This document shows, piece by piece, positions 1 through 9,178 of a stretch of 48,619 nucleotides of DNA. Origin of the DNA: Candidatus Saccharimonadota bacterium (lineage in GTDB: Bacteria > Patescibacteriota > Saccharimonadia > Saccharimonadales > Saccharimonadaceae); assembly GCA_017514125.1 (NCBI GenBank), contig JAFWKW010000004.1:1-48619 (forward strand). Direction: 5' to 3'. A model generated the notes under the pieces. The model was not told the DNA's origin. It saw nothing but the letters and a program-made list of their open reading frames with translations, and ran no database searches. Positions within the stretch are counted from its first letter, which is position 1. The number at the start of each line of letters is the position of its first letter. A program made the translations under genes and the position numbers.

Positions 1-452
1 TCTACGAGCTCGACGAGTTCTGGATCAGCGAGGTCCATTTTGTTTAGGAAAACGATAATCTTTGGCACATTTACCTGGTGAGCCAAAAGTACGTGCTCAC
101 GGGTCTGTGGCAAAGGACCATCGTTGGCTGCTACCACGAGGATAGCACCATCTACCTGTGCAGCACCGGTAATCATGTTTTTAATGTAGTCTGCGTGGCC
201 TGGCATATCTACGTGTGCGTAGTGGCGCTTTTCAGACTCATACTCCTGGTGAGAAGTAGCAATGGTAATACCACGTGCCTTTTCCTCTGGAGCGTTATCG
301 ATTTGATCATATGCGACTGCCTTGTTTACATCACTAGGTAGTCTTTTTGCGAGAACGTTAGTAATCGCTGCAGTTAAAGTGGTTTTTCCATGGTCGACGT
401 GACCCATGGTGCCGACATTAATATGCGGCTTGGAACGGTCAAAATTTGCCAT
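1..452 (-). CDS. tuf: Elongation factor Tu, 5' part (runs off left edge)
   Basis: Manual translation from ATG at 452: [31 protein letters not shown]...RGITI...[26 protein letters not shown]; AAGGAG RBS upstream. Confidence 0.97.
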   Translation of the reverse strand, partial: MANFDRSKPHINVGTMGHVDHGKTTLTAAITNVLAKRLPSDVNKAVAYDQIDNAPEEKARGITIATSHQEYESEKRHYAHVDMPGHADYIKNMITGAAQVDGAILVVAANDGPLPQTREHVLLAHQVNVPKIIVFLNKMDLADPELVELV

Positions 453-495
453 TCATTCTCCTTTATTTGTTATTACGGTTGGAGCGCTAATAAAA

Positions 496-549
496 ACCAG
501 CTCCAAGACTCTACTCTACTATTTTAACGTATTTCTTGGAGCTGGTCAA
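496..549 (-). promoter_or_regulatory. tuf promoter (TTGACC-17-TAAAAT) embedded in a 13-bp inverted repeat that may terminate fusA
   Basis: -35 at 544-549, -10 at 521-526; ACCAGCTCCAAGA 496-508 / TCTTGGAGCTGGT 534-546 followed by a T-run on the minus strand. Confidence 0.6.
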
Positions 550-562
550 GGGTAAAAATCGA

Positions 563-2656
563 TTATTTCGAATTCCTAGACTCTATAATTTCAGCAGCCA
601 CGTTTGGTGGTACTTCTTCGTAGCCATTAAGTTCCATCGAAGAAGCCGCACGACCCTGAGTCATCCCACGTAGATCCCCAGTGTAGCCAAAGAGATTAGC
701 AAGCGGACAAAACGCCTTAATCAGTTTAGCACCACCGTTTAAATCTTCCATCTCATCGATGCGACCTCGCCTAGAGTTGATATCGCCAATCACATCGCCC
801 ATAAACTCTTCTGGAGTGGTGATTTCCATCTTCATCACCGGCTCAAGCAAAACTGGATTTGCTTTAGCGATACCCTCTCTAGTAGCCAGCGCACCAGCTA
901 GGGTAAAGGCGAGCTCGCTCGAGTCCACATCGTGGTAAGAACCATCATAAAGGGTAGCTTTTACATCTACTACTGGGTAACCCGCAATCACACCACCAGC
1001 AAGCGTGTCTTCCACGCCCTTCTGGACTGGCTTACGATATTCCTGAGGCACCACACCACCTTTAATCTGATCAATAAACTCAAAGCCTTTCCCTGTTTCG
1101 TTTGGTTCAAATTTAATCCATACGTCACCATACTGACCACGACCACCAGACTGCTTGATGTGCTTACCCTGGGCTTCTGCGGTACCACGGATGGTCTCAC
1201 GGTATGCTACCTGAGGCGCACCAGTATTGGCTTCTACGCCATGCTCACGTTTCAGACGGTCAATAATAATCTCAAGATGTAGCTCACCCATACCAGAAAT
1301 AATAGTTTGTCCAGTTTCTTCATCGGTATGGACGCGGAAAGTTGGATCTTCTTCCGCCATCTTGGAAAGGCCAATCCCCATTTTCTCTTGGTCAGCCTTG
1401 GTCTTTGGCTCTACTGCAATCGACACTGGTGGATCTGGGAATTCAATCGACTCAAGCAAAATCGGATGAGTCGGATCACAAATCGTCGTACCAGTCGTAC
1501 AGTTTTTAAGTCCTACTACCGCAGCAATGTCGCCCGCGCCAATTTCGGAAATATCTTTACGGTCATTCGCGTGCATCCGTACCAAGCGCCCGATTCTTTC
1601 CTTATCACCAGTCGTGGCATTCATTACGGTATCACCAGATTTGAGCTTACCAGCATACACCCGGATAAAGATTAGTTTACCTACAAACGGGTCGGTCGCA
1701 ATCTTGAATGCCAGCGCGGTGAGAGGCTCACTATCGGAGGCTTTGCGCACAATCTGGTCCCCAGTCTTTGGGTCGGTACCCACAGTTTGACCTTGGTCAC
1801 GGTCAAGCGGAGATGGCAGATAATCGGTCATTAGGTCAAGTACTTTTTCTACAATCACCCCACGACCATCACCACCAGTTACTAGGAAGAAATCGCCATC
1901 AAGTACGCGCTTTCGAAGTGCTGCTTTTAGTTCATCTACAGTGATGGCGTCTTCACCTTCAGAGAAGTATTTATCCATTAACTTTTCGTCAGCTTGAACA
2001 GCCTCTTCTACTAGCATCGAGCGAGCATTCTTGGCCTTTTCTTTCATGTCTTCAGGAATCTCACCCACGGTGAGCTCATGGTCGGCATAATCTTTATATG
2101 TATATGCCTTCATATCAATGAGGTCTACTACCCCGCAAATATCTTTCTCAAACCCAATTGGAAGGTGAATCGCCACAGCGTTTTTAGAAAGACGTTTGTG
2201 GATAGAATCGAGAGATTTGTAAAAGTCGCCACCAATTTGGTTGATTTTGTTTACAAAACAAATGCGTGGCACACCATATTTGGTCGCCTGGCGCCATACT
2301 GTCTCAGACTGAGCTTCTACGCCCATTTTACCGTCAAACACCACCACTGCGCCATCAAGAACACGTAGAGATCGCTCTACCTCAGCGGTAAAGTCGATAT
2401 GCCCCGGGGTATCGATAATGTTAATTTGATGATTTTTCCAGTAAACGGTTACTGCAGCAGAAGTAATCGTGATACCACGTTCCTTCTCTTGCTCCATCCA
2501 GTCAGTATCAGCACCACCGGTGCCGCCCTTTACCAGGTCAATTTTGTGTTTAAGACCAGTCCGGTAAAGAATCGCCTCCGAAGTTGTGGTCTTCCCTGCG
2601 TCAATATGGGCAATAATACCAATATTCCGCAGTTTGCTTAAATCGTTAGTAGCCAT
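563..2656 (-). CDS. fusA: Elongation factor G
   Basis: RNIGIIAHIDAGKTT, EKERGITI, DTPGHIDF, GMGELHL, KQSGGRGQYG motifs; 697 aa. Confidence 0.98.
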   Translation of the reverse strand: MATNDLSKLRNIGIIAHIDAGKTTTSEAILYRTGLKHKIDLVKGGTGGADTDWMEQEKERGITITSAAVTVYWKNHQINIIDTPGHIDFTAEVERSLRVLDGAVVVFDGKMGVEAQSETVWRQATKYGVPRICFVNKINQIGGDFYKSLDSIHKRLSKNAVAIHLPIGFEKDICGVVDLIDMKAYTYKDYADHELTVGEIPEDMKEKAKNARSMLVEEAVQADEKLMDKYFSEGEDAITVDELKAALRKRVLDGDFFLVTGGDGRGVIVEKVLDLMTDYLPSPLDRDQGQTVGTDPKTGDQIVRKASDSEPLTALAFKIATDPFVGKLIFIRVYAGKLKSGDTVMNATTGDKERIGRLVRMHANDRKDISEIGAGDIAAVVGLKNCTTGTTICDPTHPILLESIEFPDPPVSIAVEPKTKADQEKMGIGLSKMAEEDPTFRVHTDEETGQTIISGMGELHLEIIIDRLKREHGVEANTGAPQVAYRETIRGTAEAQGKHIKQSGGRGQYGDVWIKFEPNETGKGFEFIDQIKGGVVPQEYRKPVQKGVEDTLAGGVIAGYPVVDVKATLYDGSYHDVDSSELAFTLAGALATREGIAKANPVLLEPVMKMEITTPEEFMGDVIGDINSRRGRIDEMEDLNGGAKLIKAFCPLANLFGYTGDLRGMTQGRAASSMELNGYEEVPPNVAAEIIESRNSK

Positions 2657-2839
2657 ATGCTCCTTTTAATAATTATTATTTTAGTCTAAGAGTTCCACAC
2701 TCAAAAAGACATATCCGTACTATTATATCATACTTTTGGCATATTTAAAAAATAAACCGACCTCTTTGTAACCGCATGCCAAACACAAGTGTGGTATAAT
2801 TTTATAAAATAGCATAAACATTAATAATAAGGAGATCAA

Positions 2840-3886
2840 ATGCTAGTCCACGACGAACTGTACGATCCAGTCAAACGTACCAAAGATATGAAAGAATCCG
2901 AATTTACCAAATATGTCAAAATCCGGGATGCCCAAAAGAAAAATCAACCAACAGATCCCGATAAAGTCGAAAAAATCCGCGACATTTTTTATTCTACCCA
3001 TCAGAACATTGATCAGGAAAAGCTAGATAAACTTTGGGAATTTGTTGGCCCCAAAATCGAGCAAAACGCCGGTCTTGCTGAATTTACTATCGACTACGGC
3101 GGAGCCGAATCTGACTTTTTCTTCCCTTGGCTAGTTAGCGTCTACACCTCTCCATCCGAGGCCCTAGAGATGTCTTACGGTGCTGGTAATGACGTTGCTG
3201 GCAAATGGGTGATGTCCGTTCCAGAAGATGACAAAATCGACGCTTTCGTGAGGAACGACCCGACTTTTGTCTATAATCGTGAGCGCCAACTCTTTGTAGC
3301 AGATCTCGTGACAAGCTTCCAGGAGCGTTCTAGCAAAGAGCGCAAAACCAAAATCGTCGATATCGGCGCTGGCCGGATGGCTTGGGCACGCTGGCACGGC
3401 TTCCAATTCAAGCCCGAAATCCAGTCTATTTACGCTGCTGATCGTGACGCCACTATCGATATTAAAAAACTTTTCGATCAAAATATTTCTGATCTAGGCC
3501 TTGAATACGAAACTCTCGATATGGCCGAGCAATTAAGGAGTCCAAAATGTAAAGACGCCGACCTTATTATGCTTGGCGGCGTGGCTACTTACTACCCGAT
3601 GGATCTTTTTTCTAGTACCATCATTGCGCCAATTTATCAGTTACTAAAAACCGGCGGGGTACTCTATTTCGATTTACAGATTAGTTGCCCTTATCTCTTG
3701 CGTAGTATGAAAATCTTTGATTGGCCACCTATGCAGCTTAAGGATAATATCGCTGCGGCTATCGATATGGTCGAAAAGGTGCGTAAAAAACTTTGGTCTA
3801 AAGGTATGAAATTCGGTGCCGAATACGCTCTCGATACCTACAACGAAGTCCCAACCGCCACGATGATTACCTTTACCAAACTATAA
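2840..3886 (+). CDS. Class I SAM-dependent methyltransferase-like protein
   Basis: IVDIGAG motif I and LKTGGVLYFD motif; own TGGTATAAT promoter (2792-2800) and AAGGAG RBS. Confidence 0.6.
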   Translation: MLVHDELYDPVKRTKDMKESEFTKYVKIRDAQKKNQPTDPDKVEKIRDIFYSTHQNIDQEKLDKLWEFVGPKIEQNAGLAEFTIDYGGAESDFFFPWLVSVYTSPSEALEMSYGAGNDVAGKWVMSVPEDDKIDAFVRNDPTFVYNRERQLFVADLVTSFQERSSKERKTKIVDIGAGRMAWARWHGFQFKPEIQSIYAADRDATIDIKKLFDQNISDLGLEYETLDMAEQLRSPKCKDADLIMLGGVATYYPMDLFSSTIIAPIYQLLKTGGVLYFDLQISCPYLLRSMKIFDWPPMQLKDNIAAAIDMVEKVRKKLWSKGMKFGAEYALDTYNEVPTATMITFTKL

Positions 3887-3902
3887 AAACTCTAGTAAAA
3901 AC

Positions 3903-3924
3903 ACCTACTCCCTTGGGAGTAGGT
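3903..3924. terminator. Bidirectional intrinsic terminator
   Basis: ACCTACTCCC-TT-GGGAGTAGGT flanked by A and T runs between convergent genes. Confidence 0.8.
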
Positions 3925-3929
3925 ATTTT

Positions 3930-5342
3930 TCAGCTTAACTTTTTTCTCAAAATTTCTTGGACGGCTGACGGGTTGGCCTTACCGTGTGATTCTTTCATCA
4001 CTTGACCGACTAAGAATCCAATTACCTTTTCCTGTCCGGCTTTAAAATCTTCCTGGGCTTTAGCTGTTTCCGGCTTTGCCAACACCGTATCTACAATTGC
4101 TTCAAGCGCTCCTAAATCATTCTCTTGGACTACCCCAAGTTCCTTCGCAATTGTTTTAGCATCTTTGCCTTTCATCTGAGGGTCAAATATCTTGAGAAAT
4201 ACTTCCTTAGTCGCGGTAGAAGAAAGCTCCTTCTTCTCGTTCATCTCGGCAAGATCAGACAGTTGCTTGGCAGTTGGCAAATCATTCAGATATTCCGCTG
4301 ATTTTTCCTCCGCGAGTAGTACCGATGCAAATAAGTTAGAAATAAGTGTAATATGACCCGTCGAGATTTCATTTAATTTAGCCATCAACGTCGGATAGTC
4401 GAGGAGAATCTCCAAAATATCATCTTTGATAATGCCGCCAAACTTCTCCCGGTAATCTTTCGGCATCATCGGCAGCTTCGCCGCCTCAGCCTCAATAAAT
4501 TCAGCAGATAAATGTATTGGTGGCAAATCCGGCTCCGGCATATAGCGATAATCTTTTGCCTCCTCTTTGGATCTTTGTCCAGTTGTTACGCCCGTTGCGT
4601 CGTTCCACCCTAGGGTTTCTTGGATTATTTTTCCGCCCTTATCCAAAATCTTTGATTGTCGAGAAATTTCATATTCTACTGCCCTTTCCACCGAACGGAA
4701 CGAATTAAGATTTTTTACTTCTGCCCGAGTCCCGAGATTAGTTGAACCTTCCGGCGCGAGCGATACATTCACGTCAAATCTCATATTGCCGTTATAAAGG
4801 TCTCCATACGTCACTCCCGCGTGGCACATCAGACGCCAAAGTTCCTTACAATAATCGTGCGCGTCTTTACTTGAGTGGATATCCGGCTCGCTCACAATCT
4901 CAATCAAAGGCGTATCCACCCGGTTGAGGTCCACCAACGAATAACTGTCGAAATGAGTTAGCTTCCCCGCATCGCCCTCTAGATGTGCGTGGTTAATCCG
5001 CACTCTAGTTCCAGACGGTAATTCTACATACCCCGCCCCAATAATCGGCTGATAAAATTGTGTAATCTGATATCCCTTCGGTGAATCCGGATAAAAATAA
5101 TGTTTCCTATCAAATCTCGAAAACGCATTAATCTCACAGTTCATCGCTCGTCCAGCCAAGATACAAAAGCGAACCGCCTCCCCGTTTAGGCGCGGCAACA
5201 TCCCAGGCAAAGCGTAGTCCACTGGCGACACGCAAGAATTTGGCTCTTTTCCCCTCGCGTCATTATCTACTTCTGAAAACAATTTAGTCTTAGTACATAA
5301 TTGTACGTGACATTCAATTCCGATGGTTGGCGTATATTTCAT
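3930..5342 (-). CDS. gatB: Asp/Glu-tRNA amidotransferase subunit B
   Basis: IGIECHVQL, FDRKHYFYPD, YRYMPEPDL, C-terminal GQVMK..GKANP. Confidence 0.97.
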   Translation of the reverse strand: MKYTPTIGIECHVQLCTKTKLFSEVDNDARGKEPNSCVSPVDYALPGMLPRLNGEAVRFCILAGRAMNCEINAFSRFDRKHYFYPDSPKGYQITQFYQPIIGAGYVELPSGTRVRINHAHLEGDAGKLTHFDSYSLVDLNRVDTPLIEIVSEPDIHSSKDAHDYCKELWRLMCHAGVTYGDLYNGNMRFDVNVSLAPEGSTNLGTRAEVKNLNSFRSVERAVEYEISRQSKILDKGGKIIQETLGWNDATGVTTGQRSKEEAKDYRYMPEPDLPPIHLSAEFIEAEAAKLPMMPKDYREKFGGIIKDDILEILLDYPTLMAKLNEISTGHITLISNLFASVLLAEEKSAEYLNDLPTAKQLSDLAEMNEKKELSSTATKEVFLKIFDPQMKGKDAKTIAKELGVVQENDLGALEAIVDTVLAKPETAKAQEDFKAGQEKVIGFLVGQVMKESHGKANPSAVQEILRKKLS

Positions 5343-5758
5343 ATTGCTCCTAAATCCTTTAAGGCTTGTTTATATATAGATAGCGCCGTCTGGGCCTGCC
5401 GGTAAGTAATCTCGAGGTCGTCTTCGTGTGCCAAAGCGTTCCTGAGTTTGTGCGCGCGCCACACCGCATTGATGTCAGTAAACTTATCTTTGGAATGTTT
5501 TAACCTCTCCCCCATATTTTTCCCGGGGATACCGAGCTCCATCATTGCTTTATCGAGTAATTTATCGCCATCAATTACGGTTTTCATAAAAGTGGCAGGA
5601 TTATTTTTTACAAAATGATTTTCAATGGTGAGAAATCTCGTCTGATACTTTTCTTTATCAAATTTGTGCTGGCGCTTTTTTGTTGCCATCATCGCAAGTA
5701 GCACCATCGCTGCTACAATCAAAATTGCCAAAATAAACGGCGTTGCTCCACCTTCCAT
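5339..5758 (-). CDS. Membrane-anchored hypothetical protein with HEPN-like RxxxxH motif
   Basis: N-terminal hydrophobic helix; KLRNALAHE; overlaps gatA stop and gatB start. Confidence 0.7.
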   Translation of the reverse strand: MEGGATPFILAILIVAAMVLLAMMATKKRQHKFDKEKYQTRFLTIENHFVKNNPATFMKTVIDGDKLLDKAMMELGIPGKNMGERLKHSKDKFTDINAVWRAHKLRNALAHEDDLEITYRQAQTALSIYKQALKDLGAI

Positions 5759-7203
5759 TACTCTTCATCCTCCAAAATTTTAGCAAATTCAATCAAACTT
5801 TTATCACTTCTTCTCGGCCCTACAATCTGTAAACCAATTGGCAGCCCCTTGGCGGTCTTTCCAGCCGGAATCGCGAGGCCTGGCACGCCAGCAAGATTGA
5901 GTGATACGCTCATCAAATCCTCGAGATACATTGCTACTGGGTCGTTCACCTTTTCGCCAAGTTTAAAAGCCGGATTTGGCGCTACTGGAGTCAAAATAAA
6001 ATCACAAGTTTCAAAAGCTTTTTCGTATTCTTTAATAATCAAAGTCCGGACCTTGGCTGCTTTTAAGAAATACGCATCATAAAACCCGCTCGACAACACA
6101 AAGTTTCCAATCATAATTCGCCGTTTGTTCTCCGGCATAAAACCTTCTTCGCGCGTATTCTCGTATAGCCCATTCAAATCTTTTGAATTTTCAGACCGAA
6201 ATCCGTATCTTACCCCATCATAACGCGATAAGTTAGACGCAACCTCTGCTGGCACGATAATATAATATGCGGCCAAAGCGTATTTCAGAGCTGGCATATC
6301 AAGCTCCACTATCTCGTATCCCTTGGATTTTAAGAGTTTGCACTTGGATTCAAGCGCCTTTCTGATTTCCGCATCCACCGACTCATTATCAAACTCTTTA
6401 ACTACACCAATACGATGAACATCGACGGGTGACGCCGCTTGGGGGACCCCCACGGAGTCCGTAGGCGACGTGGGGGAAGATGCAGTGGCATGACCCGTCG
6501 AGAGGCCGTAATAGTCATCTAGTGTTGTTAAATCTTTCGAATCCTTCCCTGATGCAATCGACATCAAAAGGTCCATATCATCCGGCGACTTAGTGAAAAA
6601 CCCGATACAGTCGGTAGACGACGCCATCGCGACTACCCCATATCTAGAAATACATCCATAAGTTGGCTTAAATCCATATACTCCGTTAAACGAGGCTGGC
6701 TGACGAATCGAACCGCCGGTATCTGTCCCGGTGGCAAATTCTACGATATCAAGTGCCACCGCTACCGCCGAACCACCCGAAGATCCTCCCGCCACACGGG
6801 ATTTGTCATACGCGTTCAAGGTTGGTCCAAAATACGAATTTTCCGTTGAAGACCCGTGCGCAAACGCGTCCAAATTGGTACGCCCAATCATAATTGCGCC
6901 CTCCGCTTCTAGTTTGGCCACCGCGGTAGCCGTAATCGGCGAATTAAATCCTTGTAAAATATGTGCCGAGGCAGTAGTTTCGCCAGCTGGTGTCAAAAAA
7001 TTATCTTTGAGAGCATACGGCACTCCAGCTAGTCGCCCAACTTCTTCTCCGGCCGCAATCCGTCGGTCGATTTCGCACGCCTTTTTAAGCGCTCCCGCAT
7101 CATCAATAAACGTAAAAATATTATAATCTTCAAATTCGTGCGCTTTTTTTAGCGCATCCTCTACGAGCCTCACGGCTGTAACTTTTTTATTAGCTACTTT
7201 CAT
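5758..7203 (-). CDS. gatA: Asp/Glu-tRNA amidotransferase subunit A, with in-frame palindromic insert
   Basis: Amidase signature GGSSGGSA, GTDTGGSIRQPA, SNLSRYDGVRYG. Confidence 0.97.
   Translation of the reverse strand: MKVANKKVTAVRLVEDALKKAHEFEDYNIFTFIDDAGALKKACEIDRRIAAGEEVGRLAGVPYALKDNFLTPAGETTASAHILQGFNSPITATAVAKLEAEGAIMIGRTNLDAFAHGSSTENSYFGPTLNAYDKSRVAGGSSGGSAVAVALDIVEFATGTDTGGSIRQPASFNGVYGFKPTYGCISRYGVVAMASSTDCIGFFTKSPDDMDLLMSIASGKDSKDLTTLDDYYGLSTGHATASSPTSPTDSVGVPQAASPVDVHRIGVVKEFDNESVDAEIRKALESKCKLLKSKGYEIVELDMPALKYALAAYYIIVPAEVASNLSRYDGVRYGFRSENSKDLNGLYENTREEGFMPENKRRIMIGNFVLSSGFYDAYFLKAAKVRTLIIKEYEKAFETCDFILTPVAPNPAFKLGEKVNDPVAMYLEDLMSVSLNLAGVPGLAIPAGKTAKGLPIGLQIVGPRRSDKSLIEFAKILEDEE
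6422..6501. repeat. GC-rich ~80-bp palindromic element inside gatA
   Basis: TCGACGGGT 6422-6430 / ACCCGTCGA 6493-6501; CCCCCACG 6447-6454 / CGTGGGGG 6469-6476; encodes STGHATASSPTSPTDSVGVPQAASPVD. Confidence 0.75.
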
Positions 7204-7487
7204 AATACTTTTGGCACCTTTATCTGATTATCTTTTTGTTCTTTAGTAAGCGCCAGCAGCTCCTCACGCGTGGCCTCTTGTTCTAAAATCTCATCGTCTC
7301 TCCAAACATTCTCCATCTCAAACACTTGATAGGTTGGCTCTACCTCGCTTACGTCTACCTTGTCAAGCTGTGAAATATATTTCAAAATCTCTGACAAATC
7401 TTTCTCAAGCGATTCAGTCTGCTTTTCAGAAATCGAAAAATTAGACAAACTAGCTAAATGCTGAATCGACTCCATATCTACACTCAT
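7200..7487 (-). CDS. gatC: Asp/Glu-tRNA amidotransferase subunit C
   Basis: 95 aa, HLASLS, VEPT, NVWRDD, IKVPKVL; first gene of gatC-gatA-orf-gatB. Confidence 0.93.
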   Translation of the reverse strand: MSVDMESIQHLASLSNFSISEKQTESLEKDLSEILKYISQLDKVDVSEVEPTYQVFEMENVWRDDEILEQEATREELLALTKEQKDNQIKVPKVL

Positions 7488-7505
7488 GCCTATTATTATA
7501 TCACT

Positions 7506-9146
7506 TTATTTGACGTTCTTGAATAAAATCTTCTTGATATAATTAATCACCGGCATCGCTTCTTCTAGATTTAAGAAGAAACTAGCTATTACATAGGCCG
7601 CAAACGACAATACTCCAATCAGAAGGAATTTCGGAATTGTGATTACCAGCGAAGTATCAGTTGCCATCAAAGGAATAAACTTAGTCAGAGAAAATGCGAT
7701 ACACCCGCATATCAAAGTCGCAAATAGCATCCGCCCAAGGGCCTTCCAAAAATCCTTATCTAGAATTTCCCCACCAGAGCGCTTTTGTAAAATTGAAAGC
7801 AAAATCACAATTTCAATCAGCGCCCCGATCGATTGCGCGATACCGAGCCCGTCCACTCCCCAACCAGCAAAGTAAGCAATTACAGACAAAATTACTGTCA
7901 ACCCAATTGCCACAATGGACACAATAAAAGGCGTCTTTGTGTCTTGATAAGCATAAAAACCACGTGACGCAATATGAAATACCGAACGTGCAAAAATCGC
8001 AATACAAAGAGTCCCTAGAATCGAGGCCATAGTGCCGTTACTGTCGTTATTACCGATATTCGAGATAAAAGACACTACATATCCCCGTCCAAAAAACGCG
8101 ATAATCGAAACCGGCAAGGCAATCCAGGTAATCGTCCTCAGCGCCTGCCGAAAGGTATTATAAAATTCTTTCTTATTCCCTGTCCCGAGCTCTTCGGTGA
8201 GTTTCGGGAAAAACGCCGTCGAAATTGCTACGCCGATTAAACTTACCGGCACCGTATGAAGTGTAGTGGCTTGATCAAACGACCGTACCGCCCCCGGCCC
8301 CATCCTCGAGGACAGGTTTGTCGACACAATTGAATTGACATAATCAATTCCCTGATCGAGTGACCGCGGCGGAAGTAGCCTCAAAATCGTGCGAAACCCT
8401 TGGTTCTTCCAATTAATCTTAAATTCATAATCAAACCCAAGCCCAAACATTCCAATCAGCGACACTAATAACTGTAAAATCGCACCAAGTACCACGCCAA
8501 GTGCCACACCCATAATACCACCTTCAAATACCTGTACACCAAATAAATTAATTCCTCCGGTAAAGCAGGTAATACCGATAATAATGCCTATATTATATAT
8601 AGTGGGTGCAAAAGCATAAAACACAAACCTTCTCGTCGCCTGTTGCATAGAGGTAAGAACCGTGGTGATACTGAATAGAAACGGGTTTATCGCGATCACC
8701 CTCGTCATATTAATGGCAAGAATTGTTCCCGACTCGTCTAGACCTGGCGAAACCACATAACGAATCAGTGGATCCGCAAACACCATAATTAGGATGCTCA
8801 CAATCAGAGAGAGAATCGCTAGTAAATTCAAGAGAGAATAGGATAACTCCCACGCGGATTTTTTATTACCAGATGCTAATCTCTGGTTAAATACTGGAAT
8901 AAAAGATACTGCAAGCGCTCCCGACGTCAAAATAAAAAACATAAAATCCGGCACCGTAAAAGCTGCCGTATAGGCATCAATCCCGGTCGGATAAGTTCCA
9001 AGGTAATACGAATTCAAAAGTCGATCCCGAAAAAGTCCTAAAAGTGCCGACATAAGCGACGAAGAGGCAAGCACAATCGCCGCTGATTTTACTGACAATT
9101 TTAGGTTCGCAATTTGAGTCACGGACTTAAAATGGAACTTTTTCAT
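7506..9146 (-). CDS. murJ: Lipid II flippase MurJ
   Basis: LLGLFRDRL, DAYTAAFTVPD, FIPVF, RGFYAYQDTKTP; many TM helices. Confidence 0.92.
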   Translation of the reverse strand: MKKFHFKSVTQIANLKLSVKSAAIVLASSSLMSALLGLFRDRLLNSYYLGTYPTGIDAYTAAFTVPDFMFFILTSGALAVSFIPVFNQRLASGNKKSAWELSYSLLNLLAILSLIVSILIMVFADPLIRYVVSPGLDESGTILAINMTRVIAINPFLFSITTVLTSMQQATRRFVFYAFAPTIYNIGIIIGITCFTGGINLFGVQVFEGGIMGVALGVVLGAILQLLVSLIGMFGLGFDYEFKINWKNQGFRTILRLLPPRSLDQGIDYVNSIVSTNLSSRMGPGAVRSFDQATTLHTVPVSLIGVAISTAFFPKLTEELGTGNKKEFYNTFRQALRTITWIALPVSIIAFFGRGYVVSFISNIGNNDSNGTMASILGTLCIAIFARSVFHIASRGFYAYQDTKTPFIVSIVAIGLTVILSVIAYFAGWGVDGLGIAQSIGALIEIVILLSILQKRSGGEILDKDFWKALGRMLFATLICGCIAFSLTKFIPLMATDTSLVITIPKFLLIGVLSFAAYVIASFFLNLEEAMPVINYIKKILFKNVK

Positions 9147-9152
9147 AAATTC

Positions 9153-9172
9153 ATTATAACACGTGGTATAAT
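9153..9172. promoter_or_regulatory. Back-to-back extended -10 promoters for murJ and the PBP gene
   Basis: ATTATAACA-CG-TGGTATAAT; each TATAAT lies 6 nt from an ATG. Confidence 0.75.
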
Positions 9173-9178
9173 ATTTGT

